The translations under genes and the position numbers were made by a program. Under the pieces are notes generated by a model. That model did not search any database, was not told where the DNA came from, and saw only the letters and a list, made by a program, of their open reading frames with translations. Shown here piece after piece: positions 1-11,895 of a DNA stretch of 64,000 nt. Numbering within the stretch: the stretch's first letter is position 1; each line of letters starts with the position of its first letter. Source of the DNA: Chiloscyllium plagiosum (taxonomy: Eukaryota); the NCBI RefSeq assembly GCF_004010195.1, contig NC_057718.1, forward strand, positions 99,559,822 through 99,623,821, in the 5' to 3' direction.

Positions 1-352
1 GGATTGGACATTCTGGAGGCAGGAAACATGTTTCCGCTGATGGGTGAGTACCGAACCTGAGGACACAGCTTAAAAATACGGGGTAGATCATTTAGGACAG
101 AGATGAGGAGAAACTTGTTCACCCAGAGAGTGGTGGCTGTGTGGAATGCTCTGCCCCAGAGGGCAGTGGAGGCCCAGTCTCTGGATTCATTTAAGAAAGA
201 GTTGGATAGAGCTCTCAAGAAAAGTGGAATCAAGGGTTATGGAGATAAGGCAGGAACAGGATACTGATTAAGGATGATCAACCATGATCATATTGAATGG
301 TAGTGCAGGCTCGAAGGGCAGAATGGCCTACTCCTGCACCTATTGTCTATTG
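1..352 (+). mobile_element. CR1-type LINE 3' end fragment
   Basis: Encodes the CR1 C-terminal motif (RRNLFTQRVVAVWNALP), followed by the 3'UTR and a (ctattgt)n tail. Confidence 0.85.
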
Positions 353-575
353 TCACTGCTACCTCACAGCACCAGGGACCCAGGTTAGATTCCTCGTGTC
401 TGCGTGGGTTTCCTCTGGGTGCTCCCACAGTCCAAAGATGTGTAGACTAGGTGCATTGGCCATGGGAAATGCAGTGTCCCAGGGATGGGTTGGGTCTGGG
501 GGGGATGCTCTTCAGAGGGTAGGTGTGGACTGGATGGGCTGAATGGCCTGCTTCCACACTGTAGGGATTCTGTGA
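353..575 (+). mobile_element. HE1-type V-SINE, internally deleted
   Basis: cactgctacctcacagcaccagggacc head, gtgtctgcgtgggtttcc V-domain, cacactgtagggattc tail. Confidence 0.85.
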
Positions 576-1075
576 GCAACAAGAGCACACTAATGGATAA
601 CCGTTTGGATTTGTGGTCAATACTAACAACAAATTAATCCTGCAATGTAAATAAGTCAGTGGCTGTACTATTGAGAAGCTCCCAGTTGGCAGAATAATGC
701 TCTTGACTTCAAAGGATCGTTTCTGGCAAGCGATGAGGCGTTAGTCACTGACATTTTTTCTCACACAAGGAGATTTCTAATAAAATTACTGAGAATTTCC
801 AACATGGAAATAGCGGAGCTGGACCAACTGAGCTGTGTTGGTGATCTGCTTCATATCTGCCTACCCTCACTTACCCATCAGCCTTACCCACAATTCCCTT
901 TGTGCGTTTAACTAGCATTCCTGAAAATCTGTGCAAACTCTTCACCACAATTGTTCCCTGTGGGAGCAAGTTCCTCAAATTCTCACCATTCTCGTCGATA
1001 CAGAAGTTACCACTGGAGTTCACTGTCATAATGTTGGCCCCAGCTTTGGTCTCTTACACAATGCCCTTTTTAAAT

Positions 1076-1310
1076 TGACCCGTGGGATGTGGGTGTCACT
1101 GGCTGGGCCCAGCATTTATTGCCCGTTCCTAGTTGTTCTTTGAGAAGGTGGTGGAGAGTTGCCTTCTTGAAACGTTGCAGTCCGTGGGGTGCGAGTCGGT
1201 CCACAATACTGTTAAGGAGGTAGCTCCAAGATCTAACCCAGTCACAGTGAAGGAACGGCGACATATTTCCAAGTCAGGATGGTGAGTGGTTTGGAAGGGA
1301 ACTGGAAGAA
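1076..1310 (-). mobile_element. 3' end of a second CR1-superfamily LINE family
   Basis: Same sequence family as 13370-13620 and 19645-19970 (GLQRFKKA motif on the minus strand). Confidence 0.75.
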
Positions 1311-1628
1311 ACTCATCTATGTCTAACTTGTGAAGTACCTTTTAAGTGTTTTAAATTCCTCGATCAGGTCACCTCTCAGCCTTCCCTTTCATAAAACAAA
1401 TTGCCTGACCCTGTATATTTCTTCCTGATTGCTATAGCCTCCTAGAGCTGCAATCTTATTTGTCATTTTAGTTTTGCATTATTCCTGGTGTCTGATCTAT
1501 AATCATTTGGTAATACAACGACCAAAACTGAACTGCATATGGTGTTCAAACTGTGTGCTATCCGTTGGCTAAACTTGCTGACTAATGATGGTCAGTTAAC
1601 AAGGGAAAGAGATTATTCATTTGGATTA

Positions 1629-1932
1629 GGGCTGCACAGTTGCTCAGTGGTTAGCACTGCTGCCTCACAGCACCAGGGTCCCAGGTTTGATTCCAGCCTC
1701 TTGTGACTGTGCGTGTGGAGTTTGCACATTCTCCCTGTGTCTGCGTGGGTTTCCTCTGAGTGCTCCGGTTTCCTCCCATAATCCAAAAATGTGCAGGTCA
1801 GGTGAATTGGCCAAGCTAAGTTGCCCATAGTGTTAGCTGCATTAGTCAGAGGGAAATGGGTTACTCTTCAGAGGGTCGGTGTGGATTAGTTGGGCTGTAG
1901 GGCCTGTTTCCATACTGTAGGGAATCAAATCA
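1629..1932 (+). mobile_element. HE1-type V-SINE
   Basis: tRNA-like head with A/B boxes, V-domain and LINE-like tail. Confidence 0.9.
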
Positions 1933-3269
1933 TTGATCCCTTTAGCTCCCATTATAACTTCTGATGAATGTGTGAAAATGCTGATTCAAAACTGCCAGGT
2001 AATGGATTGGTAACTGGACAAAGGCTGAATTAAATTTGCAGAGGGATTTATAAATTTACATTTATAAAACTGTATATGAATTTATAAAGAGATTGGTAAC
2101 ATTGCTCCCCCAAAGCATTTTTGAACGGCCTTTGGTAATACTTTCTTTTCAATAGTGCCTGATTCTGCCCTCCAACCATTGCACCTGGTTGGCTGAAACC
2201 CTCCTCCATACCTTTGTGTTACAAGTATCTGATCTTGCGGCACTTCAAGATATAAATTCTAGCTTGAAGGATTAAAGTGCTAAATATAAATCAAAACATT
2301 TGATGGAAAAATTGGTGCAAAGTCTTTTGGGAAGTGTAATTCAGACAGCCCTGGATAATTATGGTTCAAATTGTTTGTCGCATAAGGGAGAAAACTTACC
2401 TCAGCTCAGGAAACTCTGACGATAACAGATAAATCACAAGGCGCTGCATGGAGTGCATGTTTAGATGCTTGTGTTGCATTTTCTGGTGAATGGTTTGTAA
2501 TGTTGTAAAATGCCAAAGCCCTGTACCTGAAGAAGGGTCAAGCTGGGAGAATACTTACAATTCAACCCTCCTACAGTTTGTTTCAGTAAAAATTTCCACA
2601 ATTGGCTCTTCATAAGGCACTGACTCTCAACAATTGATTTAATCACTTTTGGTAATTGCTATTGATCAGCTATAATGATTGGGTCGAATCCTAAATGGAA
2701 GAGAAACCTGGTGGTAAGAATAGGAGCATAGGAACAGGAGGAGGCCTTTCAGCCCCTCAAGTCTCACCCACCATTTTACAAGATCATGGCTGATCTGTGA
2801 CCTAATTCCATATACCTGCTCCTAACCCATATCTCTTAATACCTTTGCTTTTCAAATTAAAATCTATCTCAGATTCAAAATGAATATGAAAGCCAACCGT
2901 CACATTTTTCACCGAGCAACAAGTAAGGAATGTCACGAGTGCAGATCTAAAATTGACTCCCATCTTTCTTCACACCTTTCGACAATGGTGTTCAATTGTT
3001 CTGTATTTGATTACGCGAGTCTATTTACAATTGATCCTCACTGGGCTCGATTGGTTAAGCCTGGGTGTGGACTCAGAGGAAAGTAACTGGGGCTTTGTTC
3101 AGAGTTGGAAGCCAGAGCTGAAACATGCAGCAGACATTTTAAAGCATTGTGAATACAATCTGTCACTCACATAGAAACTAGTGCCATCACACTGCAGATC
3201 CATGGCAGAATATATCAATGTAGCATTGCCATTGCAACTAAAACTTGAGCATCAAAGTCCTCACACAAA

Positions 3270-3583
3270 CAGAGAAACTCAACAGGTCTGGCAGCATCTG
3301 TAGAGAGAGAAATGGGGTTAATATTTCAGGTCCAGTGACCCATCTTCAAACCTCCAAGCATTAACTCTGTTTCTCTCCCCACAGATGCTGCCAGACCCGT
3401 TGAGTTTCATATAGTCATAGAGATGTACAGCACGGAAACAGACCCTTCAGTCCACCTCATCCATGCCGACCAGATATCTTAAATTAATCTAGTCCCATTT
3501 GCCAGCACTTGGTCCATATCCCTCTAAACCCTTTCCCCTAGCAATTTCTGTCTTTGTTTCAGATTTCCAGCATCTGCAGTTCT
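3270..3583. mobile_element. Penelope-like terminal unit (family B, inverted), interrupted by a CR1 3' fragment at ~3409-3535 (-)
   Basis: aaactcaacaggtctggcagcatctg ... cagatgctgccagacccgttgagttt inverted arms; the sequence resumes after the insert. Confidence 0.7.
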
Positions 3584-3617
3584 TTAACTTACTCTTTACC
3601 TCAAAATCATTACTGTA

Positions 3618-6035
3618 CTTGGGGCTATGATGTTGTGGTCATAATGGAGATGTGGGTTTCACAGGTTCAGGAATGGTTGCTAGATGTTCCAGGGTTTAGA
3701 ATGTTTAAAAGGAACAGGGAGGGTGGAAAACAAGGAGGGGGTGTAGCATTGCTAATCAGAGAGTGCATCACAGAAACAAACGTTGTTGGGGAAGGTTTGT
3801 CTACTGAGTCAGTATGGGTGGAAGTTAGGAACAGCAAGGGAGCAGCCACCTCATTGGGGGTTCTCTACAGACCCCCTAATAACAGTAGAGAGATTGAAGA
3901 ACTGGTAAGCCGGCAGATTTTGGAAAAATGCAGGTGTAGCAGGGTTGTTGTTGTGGGTGACTTCACCTTTCCCAATATTGACTGGAACCTCCTGAGTGCC
4001 GATGGTTTGGATGAGGCCGTTTTTGTCAGGTGTGTTCAGGAGGGTTTCCTTACTCAGTATGTAGACAGACCAATGAGGGGAGAGGCCATTTTGGATTTGG
4101 TGCTCGGCAATGAGCCAGGACAGGTGTCAGATCTCACGGTGGGAGAACACTTTGGTGACAGTGATCACAACTGCCTCACATTTACCATAACCTTGGAGAG
4201 GGAAAGGAGCAGATACAGAGGAAAGATATTTAATTGGGGAAAAGGAAATTATGACGCAATCAGACTGGAGTTGGGAAGTACAGACTGGGAGCAATTGTTC
4301 CACAGAAAGGGCACAGCAGACATGTGGAGACTATTTAAGGAGCAGTTGTTGCGGGTGATGCACAAATTTGTTCCTCTGAGACAGGTGAGAACGGGTAAGA
4401 TTAAGGAACCTTGGATGATGAGAACAGAGGAACTTCTCATCAAAAAGAAGAAGGTAGCTTATGTAAGGTGGAGGAAGCAAGGATCTAGTACAGCTTTAAG
4501 GATTACGGGCTTGCTAGAAAGGAGCTCAGGAATGGACTGAGGAGAGCCAGGAGGGGGCACGAAAAAGGCTTGGCAAATTGATAAAGTCGATGTGCTGGAA
4601 ATTGTGGCAAACATTAAGATTGATAATCCCCAGGACCAGACCAGATTTATCCTAGGCTGCTCTGGGAAGGAAGAAAGGAGGTTGCTAAGCCATTGGTGAA
4701 GAGTTTTGCCTCCTCACTCTTCAAGGGAGCCATACCAGAGAATTGCAAGGAGGCGAATGTTGTTCCTCTTTTCAAGAAGGGGAACATGGAAATCTCTGGC
4801 AATTACAGACCAGTCAGTCTCACATCTGTGGTCATCAAGGTTTTGGAAAGAATTCTGAGGGATAGGATTTATGACTATTTGGAAAAGCACAGTGTGATTA
4901 AAGGCAGTCAGCATGGTTTTGTGAGTGGCAGGTCGTGCCAAACTAATCTTATTGAGTTCTTCAAGGAGGTGACAAGACAGGTTGATGAAGGTCGAGCAGT
5001 GGATGTGGTGTATATGGACTTTAGCAAGGCACTTGATAAGGTTCCCCATGGTAGGCTCATTCATAAAGTCAGAAGGTATGGGGTACAGGGAGATTTGGCT
5101 ATCTGGATTCAGAATTGATTGGCTGAGAGAAAGTAGAGAGTGGTTGTAGATGGAACGTATTCTGCCTGGACGTCAGTGTTGAGTGGGGTCCCTCAGGGCT
5201 CTGTTCTTGGGCCTCTGTTCTTTGTAGGTTTTATAAATGACTTGGATGAGGAGGTTGTGCGGTGGGTTAGTAAATTTGCAGATGACACAAAGGTCGATAG
5301 TATCGAGGGCTATCGCAGGCTGCAGTCCGACATAGACAGGATGCAGAGCTGGGCTGAGAAATGGCAGATGGAGTTCAACCTGGATAAATGCAAAGTGATG
5401 CATTTTGGAAGGTCGAACGTGAATGCTGAATATAAGATTAAAGACAGGATTCTTGGCAGTGTGGAGGAACTGAGGGATCTTGGTGTTCAAGTATATATAT
5501 CTCTCAAAGTTTCCACCCAAGTAGATACGATTGTTAAGAAAGCATATGGTGTTTTGGCTTTCATTAACAGGGGGATCGAGTTTAAGAACCACAAGGTTTT
5601 GCTCCAGCTTTACAAGTCCCTGGTGAGACCACACTTGGAATATTGTGTCTAGTTCTGGTCATCTATAACAAAGATACAGAGGCTTTGGAGAGGGTGCAAA
5701 GAAAGTTTACCAGGATGCTGCCTGGACTGGAGGGCTTGACTTATGAAGAGACGTTGACTAAACTTGGGCCTTACTCTCTGGAGAGAAGGATGAAGAAAGG
5801 TGATCTGATTGAGGTATACAAGGTAATGAGAGGCATGGATAGAGTCAATAGCCAGAGACTTTTCCCCAGGGCAGCTTTGACTGGGATGACGGGTCATTGT
5901 TTTAAGATATTTGGAGAAAGGTATAGAGGATGTTATAGAGGACATCAGAGGTATGTTCTTTACACAGAGACTTGTGAATGCATGGAATGCGTTGCCAGTG
6001 GTGGTGGTGGAAGCAGAGTCATTGGGGATGTTTAA
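3618..6035 (+). pseudogene. Disrupted LINE ORF2 (pol) spread over ORFs 3554-4540, 4693-5118, 5140-5652 and 5643-6035
   Basis: Collinear EN-tether-RT-CTD fragments broken by frameshifts and an in-frame TGA at ~5116. Confidence 0.9.
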
Positions 6036-6183
6036 GCGACTGCTGAACATGTACATTGACAGCAGTGCATTGAGGGGTGCGTAGGTAATGTTATTCTATT
6101 TTACATTAGGATTAATCTTTGGCACAACATCGTAGTCCGAAGGGCCTGTTCTGTGCTGTACGTTTCTATGTTCTATGTTCTAT
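3618..6183 (+). mobile_element. 5'-truncated CR1/HER1-type LINE with decayed ORF2 (APE endonuclease + reverse transcriptase)
   Basis: GGGVALLI, YRPP, VGDFTFPNIDW, SDHN (APE motifs); NYRPVSLTS, QHGF, DFSKALDKV, GVPQGSVLGP, KFADDTK (RT motifs); (ttctatg)n tail; stops, frameshifts and internal deletions. Confidence 0.95.
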
Positions 6184-6704
6184 AATTGAAGGAAAATGCT
6201 GTGGAGTCTGGAGATGATGGTGCTACCTCTGATCATGAATCTGCCTCATTCTCTAACTCCTGCTGCTCTTTCTCTCTGTTCCACTTGCTCCTCTACACCT
6301 TGATCCACAGCATAAAACCCGTCAGTTTCTCGTTTTAGTTCTGAAGAAGGGTCACAGTGGACTCAAAGACGTTAACTCGGGTCTCTCTCGACACAGGTGA
6401 CTTCATCCAGTCCTTACTGTTATTATTTTATCCACAGCAGCCAATTCGAGGAATCACATTTTCGGAAAGATGCTAAGATTTTCCATGGACCAGAAACAAA
6501 AAGAAAATGAAAGTAGGTTCAATAGAAAGATCAAAACTGAAAATATCATTCAATAATGAGGAATGAACTGAAACTAAAATGCCAACAACCTGCAGCTTTA
6601 AGAAAGTAAAACATCACTGTGTGCTAGGCAGGAGCCTCATACCTGGACTAATGAGGATGTTGAACAGGACATTGTCAGACACTGGAATGAGACAGCATAC
6701 TTGT

Positions 6705-6963
6705 CACATTGACTTGGATCTCATTTACCACCCCCTGAGAAAAAGAACAGGAAATGACATCACCACAGGAAATGATGTCACCACAGGAAATGACATCATC
6801 AACCCAAGGAAAGCCAAACATATAAATAGAAAGCAAGCTACACCACCAGAGCTTCGTTTGGAGTCTCACTGAAGATGTTACCTAGTATGGTGACGAAATG
6901 TCTGAAACTGAACCTTCCAGCTCAGCGAGCAAACCTACATCCAAAACCTCAACCTGAGCTACA
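6705..6963 (+). mobile_element. Penelope-like element 3' end (ORF tail plus pseudo-LTR) with a hammerhead-like core at 6866-6905
   Basis: HIDLDLIYHPLRKRTG peptide tail; 3x 18-bp acaggaaatgacatcacc; ctgaaga-t-gttacc-tagtat-ggtgac-gaaa-tgtc. Confidence 0.75.
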
Positions 6964-7401
6964 AAGGGGAAAGAAATAATCATTTACAATGCTACTTCAG
7001 AGCTGCCAATCAGTGATAATGCCATGGAAATGGGTAGGGTTGGCATTTCAAATAACTGCACTGACAGGTGGATATCTCACACCAAACTTCAGGGCCATGG
7101 TGTTACAATTGTGTGTCTTAACTGAAGCAATGCTTAACCTCGCTTTGCTTAACATGCCAACACTTTGAAGAGCAGGTTCCCTTCTGGTCTTTGCTGGCAC
7201 CAAGCAAAGTGCCAGGCTTATCCATAGCATTGTTAATTCCATACCAGAGGAGCCTCAACTATCCATATTTCAGATTATCCAAAAAAGCTTGCAGGTCCGA
7301 TGACGAAGCAATATTATCTGGCATTCAATTAACCCAACAAAATACTCCCTGCCTGTGTCCTTTGGATAATCGAGGTTCCTCTGCAGACTTCTTTTTTTCA
7401 A

Positions 7402-7728
7402 AGAATCCCTACAGTGTGGAAACAGTCCATTTAGCCCAACATGTTCGCACTGACACCTTCGAAAAGTAATCCACCCAGACCCATTCCCGTACAGTTTGCC
7501 CTTAACTAGTGCACCTAACCTGCACATCCCTGGACACTTGTGCATGGCCAGTTCACCTGACCTGCACACCTTTGGATTGTGGGAAGAAACTGGGGCACCC
7601 GAAGGGAACCCGCGCAGACACGGGGAGAACGTGCAAACTCCACACAGTCAGTCGCCCGAGACTGGAATCAAACCCAGGTCCCTGGTGCTGTGAGGCAGCA
7701 GTGTTAACCACTGAGTCACCATGCCACC
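7402..7728 (-). mobile_element. HE1-type V-SINE
   Basis: Reverse complement of the HE1 head, V-domain and tail. Confidence 0.9.
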
Positions 7729-8249
7729 CAAAAGATATAAGTCTATGATTTCCTGATGTTTCAAGACCAGGAAGCTGTATTTTAATCTCATGCTGATACA
7801 TGTGAGCCCATTGAAATATCAACTGTACTAAGCGGTTAGTGAGAAGGGAAGTGGGATCTGACAGTATAATGTATGACTGGCAGATTAAGTGGGTGGGGAG
7901 GGTGTGGTACATCCAGTAAACAGTTCCCTCAAGCTCCCACCCCTATTGAGGCGGTGAGGAGGGAGCTTCCTCTCCAGACTTCTTCTCAATCTAACGCTGC
8001 CGACTTGCTTACTTCGCAGCTCGCTGCACACTGTGAGAATTTGGCTTTCAAGGTCAAGTTATATTGAACTTCCCTCGGTGTGGGAAAATGTCATCAAGGT
8101 AACCTTTTAGTCCTCGTGATTAGTGCACCATTGAGTAAAGCATCATGTAAGCGAGATAAACATACACTTGCTTCCCGGGCTCCAATAGGCAAAGATATTC
8201 TACAGAACGGATATTTAGCGTCTAGCCATGATTCAAAGGGTGTGTGTGT

Positions 8250-9238
8250 GATTGTGGGTTCAACTCCCACTCCAGAGATTTGCAGATGGTCTGACACTCC
8301 AGTGCTGTACTGAGGAGGTGCAGCATTGCCAGAAATGCAGCTTTTCACCCATAACACCAAACCACGCCTCCATCCCCACCTGCTCTTGAAGTGACCGTGA
8401 AAGAAGAGGATGGGAGTAATCCCTTGGTGTTCCGGCCAATATTTATCCCCCCAAAGAACATCCTTTAATAAACAGACTGCAAAGTTATTACAGGGGCACT
8501 GCTGTTTGTGGGATCTTGCTCTATAGAGATGTACAGCACGGAAACAGACCCTTTGTTTCAACTCATCCATGCCAACCAGATGTTCCTAGATTAATCTAGT
8601 CCCATTTGCCAGCACTCGGCCCAGATCCCTCTAAACCCTTCCTATTCATTTCCCCATCCACATGCCTTTTAAATAGTGTAATTGTACCAGCCTCCACCAC
8701 TTCCTCTGGCAGCTTGATCCATACACGCACCTCCCTCTGTGTAAAAAAGTTGCCCCTTAGGTTCCTTTTATATCTTCCACTCTCACCTTAAACCTATGCT
8801 CTCTAAATTTGGACTCGCTTGGAAAAGACTTTGTCTACTTACCCTATATGCCCCTCATGATTTTATAAACCTCTATAAGGTCACCCCTCAGCCTCAGACG
8901 CTCCAGGGAAAACAGCCCCAGCCTGTTCAGCCTCTCCCTATAGCACAAATCCTCCAACCATGACAACATCCTTGTAAATCTTTTCTGAATGCTTTAATGT
9001 TTCACAACATCTTTCTGATAGTAAGGAGAGCAGAACTCAATGTAGTATTCCAACAGTGACCTAACCAATATCTCATACAGCCACAACATGACCTCCCAAC
9101 TCTTATACTCAATGCATATTGGCAGATCTGTTTCCCACTTTACAACATGTGATTATGTTTCAAATTATATTCAAATTATGGTGAAGCACATTGGAACTTT
9201 GTAAGGTCATGAAAGGTTGTAATGTAAAGCTTTTATTT
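8250..9238 (+). mobile_element. Old Deu-domain SINE (SacSINE1-like), split by a CR1 insertion
   Basis: gggttcaactcccactccaga B box; ggtgttccggccaatatttatccc; ctgtttgtgggatcttgct | gcatattggcagatctgtttcc; catgaaaggttgtaatgtaaagc tail. Confidence 0.7.
8522..9114 (-). mobile_element. CR1-type LINE 3' fragment
   Basis: Reverse complement of the CR1 C-terminus and 3'UTR (gagatgtacagcacggaaacagaccc end). Confidence 0.9.
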
Positions 9239-10094
9239 GTATAATTTCTGTTCTTAATATGTATGACCAAACTTAATTCCTCTCAATTTAAACTATGTGC
9301 TATTTAGCCTCAGTTGTATCTTTGGACTATTGTTGAATCAAGGTAAAATGTTTGCTCTCCTGAAAGCTAATTGATATTGAGAAGGTTCTTACCTGCAGAT
9401 CTCCCATTGTTCCATGTAATGTGTTGTAGTGTCTTCTGTTTAAATTAAATTGAAAATGACTTCCAGCAGAGGTCACAAGACTATGGAAAGCTGGAGTAAT
9501 CAATATACAAATGCATATCGCCATGCATCATAAAATCAATTGCAGGCTTGTTATTTGCAGTTATGAGTTACCCAAAACGTTTTGTCAAGAAAGAAAATTA
9601 TTATTCATAAACAAAAAGGAAGTCTCACTTTCGTCAGTTTCCATACATGCATTTCATGCATAAACTCTAAAGCATTCTGTTATTTTAATGGTACATGTCC
9701 AAGTCAGTGTTAGCACATCACCTACTATCTGCTTGTTCCCCAGCTAGGTCCTCCTTCTCTGGGAAATGCCATTCTCAAGGTGAGCAGTTGATCAGAGCAA
9801 GAGGCTATTCTTTCCCAATTATCCTATCTACCATGTCAATGATTTCCACAGTATGTTGAGCTGTTCCTGCTCCTTGTTGAATGTGAGTGAAAGCTGCTTA
9901 TAGTTCTGGGCCTCAGTGTCACTGCACATCCTTAACAGTGAACCTGCGCTCTGATGACAAGATCTTTGCTGGATAGTTCACAAATCCAACAAATTGTAAC
10001 CCTGCTTCCAAAGCTGTTGGTCACTGCACCTCTATTATCGCCCTGACTGATACACTGTCTGATTTTTCTCTATGTTAGTCTGCCTTACATGTAC

Positions 10095-10270
10095 CATGAT
10101 GTGGAGGTGCTGGTGTTGGACTGTGGTGGAGAAAGTTAAAAATCACACAACACCAGGTTATAGTCCAACAGATTTATTTGGAAGCACTAGCTTTCGGAGC
10201 TCTGCTCCTTTGTCAGGTAGATAGTGGGGCAGGATCAGAGGACACAGAATTTATAGCAAATGATGCAGCT
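10095..10270 (-). mobile_element. Penelope-like terminal unit (family C)
   Basis: ggtgttggac...caccaggttatagtccaacag...ctagctttcggagc, shared with 12179, 16195, 45445, 49590 and 53180. Confidence 0.7.
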
Positions 10271-10493
10271 CAGAGTGAGGTCATTCAGCCCACTGAGAAC
10301 ATACTGGGAATGTAAGAGAAGACTGCCCTTAGGAGGTCTCGATCATTAACTACTGACGAATCAGTACTCCACCATGTTGAAAACCATTTAAAGGTCATAC
10401 AAGAGAGAACAAGGAGGGCTGATCGACCCTGGACTTGATACGTCAATCTCCTTCTCAAAACCAGCTTCAGACTGGCCAGGTCCTGAAGGGAGT

Positions 10494-10720
10494 TGAAATA
10501 ACACGACAGAGGCCAGTATCCTGTCACCGATTCACCCTTTATTTACACCTGAACAGTCCTTGACTCTAGTACTACATCATTCAGAGTCGACTCTCAGAGT
10601 GTCAGTATCTCTGATGCTCACCCTTTTTATCTGTCAGCCAAGGCTCCCTGTTGAACAGCCCCAATCAGGGAACTCATACTGTATAAGGTCTACCTGGCTA
10701 ACCTCATTACAATCACAACA
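10494..10720 (-). mobile_element. Probable solo LTR (Gypsy-like)
   Basis: Minus strand runs TGTTGTGATTG...TTATTTCA (TG..CA ends) with an AATAAA-like signal; a related fragment lies at ~59735-59790. Confidence 0.55.
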
Positions 10721-11143
10721 GACACCTGGCTAACCTCATTACAATCACAACAGACACCTGACTAACCTCATTACAATCACGACGGACACCTGGCTAACCT
10801 CATTACATTCACGACAGATACCTGGCTAACCTCATTACAATCATGACAGACACCTGGCTAACCTCATTACAATCATGGCAGATACCTGGCGAACCTCATT
10901 ACAATCATGACAGATACCTGGCTAACCTCATTACAATCACGACAGACACCTGGCTAACCTCATTACAATCACGACGGACACCTGGCTAACCTCATTACAA
11001 TCACGACAGATACCTGGCTAACCTCATTACAATCACAACAGACACCTGGCTAACCTCATTACAATCATGACAGACACCTGGCTAACCTCATTACAAACAT
11101 GACAGATACCTGGTTAACCTCATTACAATCATGACAGATACCA
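10692..11143. repeat. 32-bp minisatellite, ~14 copies
   Basis: Unit acctggctaacctcattacaatcacgacagay; period 32 (10692, 10724, ...). Confidence 0.97.
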
Positions 11144-11579
11144 GTGTCAGTTGTGACAAGTTCTCAAGAAGCTAAGGTGGGGGAATTTCTGATTTTTGCA
11201 CCTCAGAATCTCCTTGCCAGCTCTAAGAATTAAGTCAGGAGGCTGTGGCGCTTATCCGAGACATAGCTGCAGTGAGCAAAATGTTCGACACTAAAAGGAG
11301 GAGTTCACTTGATCAGCACGGAATCTATTGTATCCAGCTCCCCCAACCTCACAGGGATCCACCTCCGGCAAACATTGAGCATCTTCTGAGATCAAGGTCC
11401 TGTGTCCCATCAAAAGGGAAGTGAACAGGAACAAATGTGGGAACAACATCCTTTCCATGGCACACACCCACCCTAACCTGGGGGCAGATAGTTGTTCCTT
11501 CATTATTGTACCTAACATCCATGAGAACAACCATTAGCACAGCAATGTCATAGGCTTGCATTCTCTAAAGATCTCTACT

Positions 11580-11802
11580 AAGAACATAGAACATAGAAAA
11601 GTACAGCACAGAACAGGCCCTTCGGCCCACGATGTTGTGCCGTGGTTTAATCCTAATGTAAAATATAGTAACTTAACCTACGCACCCCTCAACTCATTGC
11701 TATCCATGTGCAAATCCAGCAGTCACTTCAATGTCCCCCATGCCTCTGCTTCCACCATCACAGCTGGCAACGCAGTCCATGCATTCACAACTCTCTGCGT
11801 AA
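11580..11802 (-). mobile_element. CR1 3' end, same subfamily as 3618-6183
   Basis: (tagaaca)n tail; reverse complement of 5960-6183. Confidence 0.9.
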
Positions 11803-11895
11803 AGGTATCACACTGTTGGCTCCCAAAAAGGGTTTCACTCCTGTGAAAACAGATCATTAACAGATGAATTGGGACCAAATTGTACTTTTGAAATG

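Noticed and set aside
3554..6035. Active LINE or domesticated RT gene
   Set aside because: 5'-truncated, with internal deletions, stops and frameshifts
9744..9779. 36-nt plus-strand micro-exon (ccccag|...aag|gtgagc)
   Set aside because: No partner exons or recognisable peptide; expected by chance in 64 kb
10692..11143. CRISPR-like regular ~32-bp repeats
   Set aside because: Head-to-tail tandem units with no unique spacers, no cas genes, vertebrate context
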